Below are positions 1-11,459 of a stretch of DNA of 64,000 nucleotides, piece after piece. Source of the DNA: Hemiscyllium ocellatum (Eukaryota). Within the stretch, counting starts at the first letter, position 1. The number at the start of each line of letters is the position of its first letter. The notes below the pieces were generated by a model. The model ran no database searches, was not told the DNA's origin, and worked only from the letters and a program-made list of their open reading frames with translations. The DNA lies in assembly GCF_020745735.1 (NCBI RefSeq), contig NC_083409.1, positions 18,372,341 through 18,436,340 on the forward strand, in the 5' to 3' direction. The position numbers were made by a program, and so were the translations under genes.

Positions 1-590
1 TAGCTCCCTCCACTCTGTTTGACCTATTCCACAGTCGACAAACAGATAACCATCAATGTTTCTAATATTTTACAACCACTTCCTGAAGCACTCCTGAAAA
101 TAGATTATTTGGCCCTGCTGATTTAACACACTTTAATTTTCCCAGAACCATTTTCCTCAACAACTGATTTCCTTCAGCTCATTCCTCTGATAAAACCCCA
201 AGTTCACCAACATGTCTGAGATTTATTTGAGAATTCATTTGTGCAGCAAGATCCAGAATATGTTTATCTGTCATCTCTTTGTTCCAACGATAACATTATA
301 ACACTTATGTGAAACTTCCTTGAATGTCATCTGGACGTCCATATAAACAACACATTCCCTTATCTCCCACATTAGTGACCTCGTTAAAACATGTAACCAG
401 GTTAGTTAAAAATGTCTGACCCTTTTTAAATCCATGCTGACTTACTCTGATCTGTTCATATTTGTCAGACATTCTGTCTCTAAACCAGATTCAATTACTT
501 CCCAACAATAGACATTCAATGGAGATGTTCATTGTGAGTGAGGTTAGTAAACAGCTAGCACTGACATGACGGGCTGAACAGCCTCCTCCT

Positions 591-3500
591 AGAGTCACAG
601 AGTCAAAGAGATATTCAGAATGGAAACAGACCCTTCGGTCCAACTTGTCCATGCTGACCAGACATCCCAAACCAATCTAGTCCCACTTGCCAACTCCTGG
701 CCCAGATCCCTCCAAACCCTTCCAATTCATATACCCATTCAGATGCCTTTTAAATGTTGCAATTGTACCAGCCTCTACCACTTCCTCTGCTCTCACCACC
801 TTGTGCATGAAAAAGTTGCTCCTCAAGTCTCTTTTATATCTTTCCCCTCTTACCCTAAACCTATGCCCTCTATTACTGGACTCCACCACCCCAGGGAAAA
901 GACTTGGTCTCTTTGCCCTATCCATGCCCCTCATGATTTCATAAACCTCTGTAAGGTCACTCCTCAGCCTCCGACACTCCAGGGGAAATATCCCCAGCCT
1001 ATTTAACCTCTCCCTATAGCTTAAATCCTCCAACCCTGGTAACATCCTTTTATATCTTTTCCGAACCCTTCAAGTTTCACAACATCTTTCTGATAGGAAG
1101 GAGACCAGAATTGAATGCAATACTTCAAAAGTGGCCTAGGTGACCTCCCAATTCCTATACTCAATAATCTGACCATTAAAGGAAAGCATATCGAATGTCT
1201 TCTTCATTATCCTATCCAACTACTACTCTACTTTCAAGGAGCTATGAACATGCACTCTAAAGTCTCTTTGTTCAGCAACACTCCCGAGGACCTTACTATT
1301 AAGAGTATAAGTCCTGCTCAGATTTGCTTTCCCAAATGCAGCACCTTACATTTATCTAAATTAAACTCCATCTGCCATTCCTCAGCTCAATTGCCCATTG
1401 GATCAAGATCCTATTGTAATCTGACGTAACCTTCTTCACTGTCCACTTCACCTCCAATTTTCGTGTCATTTGCAAACTTACTAACTCTACCGCCTATGTT
1501 CATATCCAAATCATTTATGTAAATGACAAAAAGTAGTTGACCCAGCACCAATCCTTATGACACTCCACTGGCCACAGGCCTCCAATCTGAAAAACATCCC
1601 TCCACTACCACCCTCTGTATTCTACCTTTGAGCCAGTTCTGTATCCAAATGGCTAGTTCTCCTGTATTCCATGAGATCTAACCTTGCTAACCTGTCTCCC
1701 ATGGGGAACCTTGTCAAATGCCTTATTGAAGTCCATTCAGATCCTGTCTAATGCTCTGCCCTTATCAATTCTTTCTGTTACTTCTTCAAAAGATTCAATC
1801 AAGTTTGTGAGACATGATTTCCCACACACAAAACCATGCTGCCCAACCCTAATCAGTCTTTGCCTTTCCAAATGTATGGACAATTTGTCCCTCAGGATTC
1901 CGGCTCATTGGTCTACAATTCCCTGACTTGTCCTTACCACCTTTCTTAAATAGTGGCACCAATTAGTGAACCTCCAGTCTTCTGGCACATCATCTGTGAC
2001 TATTGAGGATACAAATATCACAGTAAGAGGCCCAGCAATCACTTCCCTAGCTTCCCACAGAGTCCTAGGGTACACCTAATTAGGTCCTGGGGATTTATCC
2101 ACTTTATGCATTTCAAGACATCTAGCACCTCCTCGTCTGAAATATGAACATTTTTCAAGATGTCACCATCTATTACCTTACGTTCTATATCTTCAATATC
2201 CTTCTCCACAGTTAAACTGAAGCAAAATACTCGTTTAGTATCTGCCCCATCTCCTGCGGCTCCACACAAAGGTCGCCTTGCTGATCTTTGAGGGGCCCTA
2301 TTCTCTCCTTAGTTACTCTCTTGTCCTTAATGTATTCGTAAAACCCCTCTGGATTCTCCTTAACCTTATTTGCCAAAACATTCTCATGTCCCCTTGTTGC
2401 CCTCCTGATTTCCCTCTTAAGAATACTCCTACTGCCTTTGTATACCTCTCAGGATTCACTCGATCTATCCTGTCTATACCTGACATATGCTCCATTCTTT
2501 TTCTTAACCAAACCCTCAATGTTTCTTGTCATCCAATATTCCCTTCACCTACCAGCCTTTCCTTTCACCCTAACTAAAATATACTTTCTCTGGACTCAAG
2601 TTATCTCATTTCTGAAGGCTTCTCATTTTCCAGCTGTCCCTTTACCTGTGAGCAACTTCCCCCAATCAGCTTTTCAGAGTTTTAGATTAGATTACTTAGT
2701 GTGGAAACAGGCCCTTCAGCCCAACAAGTTCAGACGGACCCTCCGAAGAGCAACCCACCCAGACCCATTCCCCTATGTTTATCCCTTCACCTAACACTAT
2801 GGACAATTTAGCATGGCCAATTCACCTAACCTGCACTTTTTTAGACTGGGGGAGGAAACCCACGCCGACATGGGGAGTATGTGCAAACTGCACACAGACA
2901 GTTGCCTGAGGTGGGAATTGAACCCGGGGCACTGGCACTGTGAGGCAGCAGTGTTAACCACTGTGCCACCGTGCCTGATACTGGCAAAATTAGCCTTCCT
3001 CCAATTTAGAACTTCAACTTCTGGATCTGGTCTATCCTTTTCCATCACTATTTTAAAATGAATAGAATTATGGTCGCTGACCAAAAGTGCTCCTCCACTT
3101 GCACCTCAGTCACCTGCCCTGCCTTATTTCCAAGAGTAGGTCGAGCTTTGCACCTTCTCTAGGAGGTACATCCACATACTGAATCAGAAAATTGTCTTGT
3201 ACACACTTAACATATTCCTCTCCATCTAAATTCTTAACACTATGGCAGTCCCAGTCTATGTTTGGAAAGTTAAAATCCCCTACTATAACCACCCCATTAT
3301 TCTTACTGATAACTGAAATCTCCTTAAAAATCTATTTCTCAATTTCCCGCTGACTACTGGAGGGGGGCTATAATATAATCCCAAGAAGGTGATTATCCCC
3401 TTCTTTTTTCTCAGTTCCACCCAAATAACTTCCCTGGATGTATTTCTGGGAATATCCTCCCTAAGTACAGCTGTAATGCTATCCCTTATCAAAAATGCCA

Positions 3501-4570
3501 CTCCCCCTCCTCTCTTGCCTCCCTTTCTGACCTTCCCGTAGCATTTGTATCCTAGAACATGAAACAGCCAGTCCTGTCTATCCCCGAGCCATGTTTCTGT
3601 AATTGCTATGATATCCCAGTCCCATGTTCCTAACCACGCCCTATGTTCATCTTCCTTCCCTGTTAGGCCTCTTGCACTGAAATAAATGCAGTTTAATTTA
3701 TCAGTCTTACCTTGTTCTCTGCTTTGTCCCTGCCTGCCCTGACTGTTTGACTTGCCTTTGTTCTCAACTGTACCAATCTTAGATTGAAATCTTTCCTCAC
3801 TATCTCCCTGGGTCCCTCCCACCCATCTTACTAGTTAAATCCTCCCGAGCAGCTCTAGCAAATCTCCCTGCCAGTATATTAGTCCCCTTCCAATTTAGAT
3901 GCAATCTGTCCTTCTTGTTCAGGTCACTTCTACCTCAAAACAGCTTCCAAAGATCCAAAAATGTGAATCCTTCTCCCATACACCAGCTCCTTAGCCATGC
4001 ATTCATCTGCTCTATCCTCCTATTCCTGCCCTCACTAGCTCATAGCACTGGGGGTAATTTAGATATTACTACTCTCGAGGATCTCCTTTTTAAATTCCTG
4101 CCTAACTCTCTGCAATCTCCCTTCAGAATCTCAACCTTTTCCCTTCCTATGTCGTTGGTTCCAAAGTGTACAATGGCCTCCTGCTGGTCCCTCTCCACCT
4201 TAAGAACATTCTGCACCTTCCCTGAGACATCCTTGATCCTGGCCCCAGGGAAGCAACACACCATTCTGATTTTTCACTGCTGGCCACAGAAACGTCTTCT
4301 GTTCCTCGGGCTCGAGAGTCCCCTAACACAGTCGATCATTTGGAACCCGACGTACCTCCCATTACATTAGAGCCAGTGTCAATACCAGGAACTTGGCTGC
4401 TCATGCTAAGTACCCCTGAGTTTCCATCACTCCCTACATTTTCCAAAGCAGCATACTTGTTTGAAATGGGAATAGCCACAGAAGACACCTGCACCTCTCT
4501 GGCCTTTCCTGAAGTTATGGTAAGAGCCCATGGGATCCAAGGCATTTTGGCAAATTGGATCCAAATATGA
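591..4570 (-). mobile_element. Decayed near-full-length CR1-clade LINE (ORF1 SGNH-esterase, ORF2 APE endonuclease + RT, 3' tail)
   Basis: Minus-strand ORF fragments in CR1 order: esterase (4040-4264 FPGARIKDV...HFGTNDI), endonuclease (3283-3822 IAITETWL; 3110-3292 VGDFNFPNIDW), ORF2 C-terminus (677-1045 RLNRLGIFPLECRRLRSDL), and a tail repeat near 591-610. Many stops and frameshifts. Confidence 0.85.
2681..2975 (-). mobile_element. tRNA-derived HE1-type elasmobranch SINE inserted in the CR1
   Basis: Reverse complement begins GGCACGGTGGCACAGTGG (A box) and contains GGGTTCAATTCC (B box); ends in (TAATC)n tail; interrupts CR1 ORF2. Confidence 0.85.
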
Positions 4571-4741
4571 GGCAAAGAGTGATGGTGGAGGGTTGTCTTT
4601 CTGATTGGAAGCCTGTGACCAGTGGTTTTAGGCAGGGATTGGGGCTGGGACCCTTGCTGTTTGTAATGTACATTAACAAATTGACTGTGATTGTATAATT
4701 AGAAAGTTTTCAGAGGCCACATAAATTGGTGGTGTTATTGA

Positions 4742-5515
4742 TATTGATTTGATTTTTATTTTAGTTTATTGTCACATGTACTCGAGTGCAAAAGTATTGG
4801 AGTACAGTGAAAAGTGTGTAACGTCACCTCACAAGGTGCCATCTTAGGTACAAGGACCTCAGTACAGAATCGTAAGAACAAGGTAGAAAGAAAGAATAAA
4901 GTTCAAAGTTACACGTTGCAGATCTTTTTAGTTTTAAGTAGAAAATGAAGAAATAAAGCTGAAAGTTCAAGAATTATAGCCTTTCTTTAGAACTTAGCAA
5001 CCATGGGATCATACTTTAAGTAATCATCTCGAGTCCAGAAGTCCGGGCTGAGGCCTTCCCTGGTGGAGAGGCCACCATATACAGAAAGGACCACTATGTG
5101 GGCTGAGAGACACCCACTCTGGGCCACTCAGAAATCGCTACACTAGGCCGAGTGACCATCACGCTGGGCTGACAGTCTAGCATGCTGGGCTGAGAGGCCA
5201 CCACATTGAACTGAGAGGCCATCATGTTGGACCAAGAGTCTGTCTTGTTGGGCTGGAAGATCTCCCTGCCAGGCAAGGACACTGCCACACCAAGCCAGGA
5301 GGCCACATCATTAGGTCTGCACTTGGTCAGAGGCCTGGCGACTGAGGCTGGGAGTCGGTGCCCAGGAGAAGAAATAAGGGAGAAGAACAAAAGAAAAACA
5401 CAAAAGAAAAGGAAAAGAGAAGTGGAATAGAAAGAAGAAAAGGAAACAGACGAAGCAGATGAACTCGGGCTGAAGCATCCTACTCTGCTGCCATCTTGGA
5501 TTACTGGGTCTCAGG
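4742..5515 (-). repeat. Probable 3' end of a non-LTR element with internal ~21-bp imperfect tandem repeats
   Basis: Tail-like GATTTGATTTTTATT...TTTATTGTCAC at ~4745-4775 interrupts a CR1 fragment; about 5 units like TGCTGGGCTGAGAGGCCACCA at ~5140-5235. Confidence 0.4.
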
Positions 5516-5519
5516 CTAC

Positions 5520-7848
5520 AGTCTGATATTGGTCAGCTGGTAACTTGGGCAGAGCAATGGCAGATGTAATTTAATCCTGATACCTCTGAGGTGATCTAAC
5601 TTGGGAGGTCTAATAAGGGAAGGATATACACAATGAAAGGCATGTGCCTTGAGTGTCCTTATGCATGAATCACAGAGGGTTGGTTACAGGTACAACAAGC
5701 AATTAGGAAGGCAAATGGAATTTTGTCCTTCATTGCTAAAGGGATTGAGTTTAAAAAGCGGGAAGGTTATGTTGCAGCTGTACAGGGTGTTGGTGAGGCC
5801 ACACCTGGAGTACTGCGTGCAGTAATAGTCTCCTTACTTGAAAAAGGCTATACTGGCACTAGAGGGGTGCAGAGAAAGTTCACTCGGCTGATTCTGGGGT
5901 GGAGGGGGTTGGCTTATGAAGGGAGACTGCATAGACTGGGATATATTCATTGGAACTTAGAAGAATGAGGGGAACCTTATAGAAACAAATAAAATTATAA
6001 AGAGAATAGATAAGACAGAAGTAGAGAGGATGTTCCCACTGGCAGGTGAAACTAAAACATGAGGGTTTTACCTCAAAATTAGGGGGAGCAGATTTAGGAC
6101 TGAATTGAGAAGGAACATCTTCATCCAGAGGGTCATAAATCTATGAAATTCCTTGCTCAATGAAGAAAGTGATGCTACTTCATTAAATGTTTTAAAACTA
6201 AGATAGATTTTTCTCACAACAAAGGAATTAAGAGATACAGTGAGAGCAAATGCCAGGTCTTGCACTTTAGAAAAAATAATATAGGCATGGTCTATGTTCT
6301 AAACGGTGAGAAAATTCCTAAAGCCAAAATACAAAGGGATCTAGGAATGCTAGTCCTGGATTCTCTAAAGATTCACTTGCAGGTTGAGTCTATGGTTAAG
6401 AAAGCAAATGTAATGTTGTAATTTATCTCAAGAGGATTGGAATGTAAAATGAGATGTGCTGCTGAGACTTTATAAAGCTCTGGTTAAGCCCAATTTAAAA
6501 CACTGTGTCCAGTTTTTGGTCCCACACCTCAGAAAGAACATACTGGCACTGGACCGTGTCCAGTGGAGATTCACATGGATGAGCCCTGGAATGGTAAGCC
6601 TAATATATGATGAATGACCAAGGATCCTGGGATTGTATTCATTCGAGTTTAGAAGGTTAAGGGAGATCTAATAGAAACTTACAAGATAATGCATGGCTCA
6701 GAAAGGTTGGATGCTGGGAAATTGTTTCCGTTAGGTAGGGATACTAGCATCCGTGGGCACCTCCTTAGAGTTAGAGGGGGTCAGCTTAAAATGGAATTGA
6801 GGAGACATTTCTTCAGCTAGAGAGTTATGGGCCTGTGAAATTCATTGCCACAGAGCACAGTGGTGGTGGAGATATTAAATGTCTTCAAGGCAGAGATTGA
6901 TAAATTCTTAATCTTGCAATGAATTAAGGGCTACAGGGAGAGTGCGGGTAACTGTCGTTAAATGCCCATCACCCATGATTGAATGGCCGAGTGGACTCGA
7001 TGGGTCAAATGGCCTTACTTCCACTCCTATGTCTTATGGTCTTATGTGGAACTGAGTCATGAAAAGATCAACCATGATCTTATTGAATGGCAGAGCAGGG
7101 TTGAAGGGCCAGATGGCGTCCTCTTGCTCCTAGTTCTTATGTTCTTATATTCATTGGGAGTACTGAGGAATGAAGGGACCTTGGTGTACAAGTCCATCAA
7201 TCCCAGAAGGCATCAACTCGACAGGGTGGTGAAGAAAGCATATGGGATGCTTGTCATCATTAGCCAGGGTGTAGAATATAGAAAGGAAGAATTCTTGTTG
7301 TTACCTGACAGAGCATTGGTTAGGTCATGTCTGGAATACTGTGCACATTTCTGGTCATGACACTGTTGGAAGAACATGATTGGACTGGAGAGGATGCAGA
7401 GGAGATTAACCAGAATGTTCCCTGGGATGGAAAGTGTTAGTTCTGAGGAGAGACTGGATAGACTGGGTTTGTTTTCTCTGGGGGGAATCTGATTGAGGTA
7501 TACAAAAATATGAAAGGCATAGTCAAAGTCAATTGTGAGAATCTTTTCCCCATGTCAGACATGTCTATGACCAGAGGGAATAAGCTTACCGTGTGAAAAT
7601 GTGGTTTAGACGGGTTGAGGACTTGTTTTCCCCAGAGGGTGGTAGAAATATGGAAGGTGCTGCTTGAGAAGGTGGTGGAGGCAGCTCCTCTCACAACATT
7701 TAAGAAACATCCAGATGAGCACATAAAATGCCAGGGCATGGAAGGCTATGGACCAACTGCAGGTAAATGGAGTTTGGTGATTACTGATTGGCATCAACAT
7801 GTCGACAAACAGAAGGGCCTGTTTGTTTGCTGTATGACTCTATGACAA
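5520..7848 (+). mobile_element. Three successive 5'-truncated CR1 3' fragments
   Basis: Repeated RT C-terminal motifs (FIAKGIEFK, LVRSCLEYCAHFW, FPQRVVEIW) and CTCTATGA-type tails near 7030 and 7840; junctions near 6260 and 7150. Confidence 0.75.
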
Positions 7849-10800
7849 TGAAGAGAAGGATGTTGAAGCATTTTTCATGTTGTTTCAGAAGATAGCAACA
7901 CAAGTGAGGTGGGAAAAAACAGGTTGGACCTTGCCCATGCAAAATGAACTTGAGAAGCACAAGAGGTTTCTACATCCCTGTCAGAGGAATGTTCTCGGGA
8001 TCATGAGGAAGTGAAATCAGCTATTCTAAGCACATATGAGTTGGCCCCAGAAACATACAGACAGATGTTTCAGAATGGACACAAACAGCCTGGACAAACC
8101 TCTACTGAGTTTAAGAGAGTTTAACAAAATAATATTGACAGGTGGATAAGAGCATTAACAGCTGAGAATACTTACAATGCTCTCAGAGAAGTTATCTTTT
8201 GAGAAGAATTTAAAGCTTCCTTCCCTTCTAGAGTTAGAAATTAATGTCGAAGACCAAAGGGGAACGACAGTAAGACAAGCAGCTACAATGGCTAATGATG
8301 ATAGACTTTGTTAAAGCCAAAACCCTGCAGATGCTGGAATCCAAAGTAGACAAACAGGAGGCGGGAAGAGCACAACAAGCCAAGCAGCATCAGGTGGTGG
8401 AGAAGTCACCTGATGGGAGACCGATCCAGAAACTCTTTTTCCCATCAGGCCCAGAAATGGGAGAAACATAAAAATTGGGAGAGTATGAGGAAGGCAGGTA
8501 GCCAGGGCAGAAAATGGACAGGAGGGAACAGCCCAAGAACTTCTCCTCAGATTAAAAAGGAAATTGCTGAGGGTGGAAGTGATGATCAGAAGCTGAAATG
8601 TTTGTCTTGGAATAAGGTGGGCCATGTGTGTTTGGAATGTTGAAAATTGTGAGATAAACCCATGGGATTTATAGGAGTTAGTAAAATTGAGTCAGAGAGG
8701 GGAACACAAACTGACAATCCCACGGAGCAGGTTGTAGCTGTCACTATAACAAAAAGGCCGGAGGTGAATTCTGTCATTAGTAAAGGAGGTTGTCAGGTAG
8801 ATGAGAGGTGGACAGGACTTTTATCAAAAGGAATGGTGACTCCTTTCTCTTCAGCTAAACCCAGAATCAAACTAAGAGATACAGGGGCAATACAATCACT
8901 TTTACTGGAGAAAGAATTGATTATCCCTCCAGAGAGCTCAATGGGAGCTAATGTATTAACCAATGGGATTGGTGGAGAATATATTCCACTTCCATTGTGT
9001 ACAGTACAACTGGAATGTGATTTGTAATCAGGAGAAGTAATTGTCGGTTTGGGAAAACATTCCCTGTTGAGGGAGTCGATTTCCTTCTGGGGAATGGTTT
9101 GTCAGGACTAAAGGCAGTAGCTTCCCCGATAATTACAGAATGTCCAAAGGAGGGCCAAGAAACAGAACAATGACAGGAACAGGTTCCTGGTCTCTCTCCT
9201 TCGTGTGAGGTAACCAGGGCAATGGTTAAACAAAATCCATCAATAAGGGTTGATGTGACACTACAGCAAGTGAAAGGATCGCTGAAACTTTCCGAAAGGG
9301 TGAAGATAATCCAGGTGGAGTGGTTGGTATGATGTCACTAATTACAGCAGATCCAAAAAGCAGATCCTGAATGAAATAAATGAGCACAGTCAGCTCATAA
9401 TGAGGTCAAGGCTGAAGGAGTTTCAGAGTGCTATTGTGTTCAGAATGGAGCGCTGATGAGGAAGTGGAGACCCCCTCATAGACCCCCAGAAGAATGGTCG
9501 GTTAGACATTGGCTAGTGGTCCCACCCAGCTATCAGAGGGAGATAGTACACGGGGCACATGAGACTCCCATGGCAGGTCACATGGGGATTTGGAAAACAC
9601 AGGCATCCAGAAACAGATATTTTACTGAGCTACAATTGGATAAAGATGTGGTGCAGTTTTATAAAACGTGTCTTACTTGTCAAGTTATAGGTAAACATCA
9701 ATACAAAACCAGCATCCTTAATTCCTTTCCCAGTTTTTGAGGAACCATCCCGTCATGTACAGGTTTGTCAAGTAGTGAGTATAATAGAGGAGGGGATCAG
9801 AAAAAGCTTGAGATCAAAAAAGACCTGGACACTTCCCAAAGTAAACTTCCTGTTATTAGAGGAACAAATTCAGAGATATTTGAGACTTCAGACACTGTAT
9901 TTTTGTATCTGGAGAAAGATCAACAGGTAGATTTAGTGAGGCTGCTCAGACAATACAAAGATGTTTGTATGAGGAGTCGTTGAGGACTTTGGTTCTGTCC
10001 TTGATGGAGCTTAGAAAGATGAGAGGGAATGTAATTGAAACTTACAGAATACAGGGTGGCCTGGATAGAGTGGACATGGAGGGGATGTTTCTAATAATAG
10101 GAGAGTTGGAGACCTGAGGGAACAGCCTCAGAGTGAAGAGATGATCTTTTGAACTGAGTTGAGAAGGACTTTCTTCAGCCAGAGTGTCATTAATCTGTGG
10201 AACTGCAGAGGGCCTTGGAGACCAATTCGTTGAGTGTATTTAAGAAAGAGATAGATTGGCTCTTGATTGGTCAAGGGATCAAGATTTACAGGGAAAAGGG
10301 AAGAGATTGGGGCTGAGAAACATTATCAACTGTAAATGACCAGACATGATGGGCCAAATGGCCCAATTCTGCTCCTTTATCTTGTGGACTTGTATTGGTA
10401 CACTTAGATCTATCACATGAATAAAATATAACATGAATTTGGTAATTCAGACAAAATAAAACAAAAACCAACCGAAACTGGCAATGGAACAAAGGGCTTC
10501 CATGTTGGAGAATCAGCTGATTGAACCATATCAGAGGAATTGGAGTTCTCCTGTAGTATTGGCTCCTGAACCAAACTGTTCAATTTAATTCTATGTAGAC
10601 TTGAGGAATCTGAGTCTCATCATAAAACCAGATTCATTCCCTATTCCCAGCTGAGAAGGTTGTATAGAGAGGGTTTGTAGCATATCATTTTTGTATAAAA
10701 TTGATTTGTTAAAAGGATGTTGACAAGAACTCACTGATAACTAGAACTAAGCGAGTTTCTGTATTTATCACACCTAATGGATTATACCCAATGGCAAGTT

Positions 10801-10850
10801 TTGCTCTGTGGACTTAACAACTCTCCAGTCACATTTGAATGATTATTGTG
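7847..10850 (+). mobile_element. Decayed Gypsy LTR retrotransposon, Gmr1-like (gag-PR-INT-RT order)
   Basis: Gag-like DVEAFFMLFQKIA and EEVKSAILSTYELAPETYRQ (~7850-8070); knuckle-like CLSWNKVGHVCLEC; protease LRDTGAIQSLL (~8870); integrase Zn finger HETPMAGHMG...CLTC (9456-9740); RT IEPYQRNWSSPVVL...KPDSFPIP...KIDLLKG (10502-10730). No LTRs recognised. Confidence 0.8.
9978..10385 (+). mobile_element. CR1 3' fragment nested in the Gypsy relic
   Basis: CR1 3'-end sequence (GAGCTTAGAAAGATGAGAGGG...TTCTTCAGCCAGAGTG...AAATGGCCCAATTCTGCTCC) lies between the INT and RT remnants. Confidence 0.7.
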
Positions 10851-11248
10851 AAAGTGAACAAGGTCACACTCCCCCACATTACACTCCATCTGCCCAATAT
10901 TTCTTCAAAGCCCAGCTGATTCTAATATTCAGCAGGATGGATCTTCATTGAGAAATAGCCATTTGTAACTAGAATAATGATATCTCTGAGAATCACATTA
11001 ATAATTGTTTTTATTGAAGCTTTCATAAGTTCTGTGTTGATTGACACAATGCTCTGGTTTGGGCTTTGCTGTCTGTACAAACCATCTGTAATGTCTTTGC
11101 TGCAATGGTTCACATTTACATCATCAAACTCACACTCCAAATATCCCGTCATTATTCTCCATGGGATTCACTGGCATTGGCTCAAATCGAACTCCCAGCA
11201 GCTGAAATGGAGGGAGGGATACGGCTTAGAGAGCAAGAGATGGAACAC

Positions 11249-11251
<3 letters not shown>

Positions 11252-11297
<46 letters not shown>

Positions 11298-11316
11298 GAG
11301 ACAGAGAGAGAGAGAG
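11252..11316. repeat. (GA)n microsatellite
   Basis: About 30 GA units with GACA interruptions. Confidence 0.95.
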
Positions 11317-11459
11317 CAATGAAGCACTAAAAGAGAGGGGGATAGACCTTGGACAGAGAAAGAGGTTTGGAATTCAGAGTGAGATCTATGCAGCTGTGTT
11401 AGAGAGGGGTGGGGAGAGAGAGTGAGTGAGAGAGATGGAGTCAAGGAGTTCTATGTCAA

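Noticed and set aside
8007-8016. Second ETS-IRF composite motif GGAAGTGAAA
   Set aside because: It lies in Gypsy gag coding sequence (E-E-V-K) with no companion motifs, and shows the motif can arise by chance.
11066-11444. ORFs with RE/SL repeats (also 19517-19930, 22286-22603, 22327-22512)
   Set aside because: They are translations of GA microsatellites.
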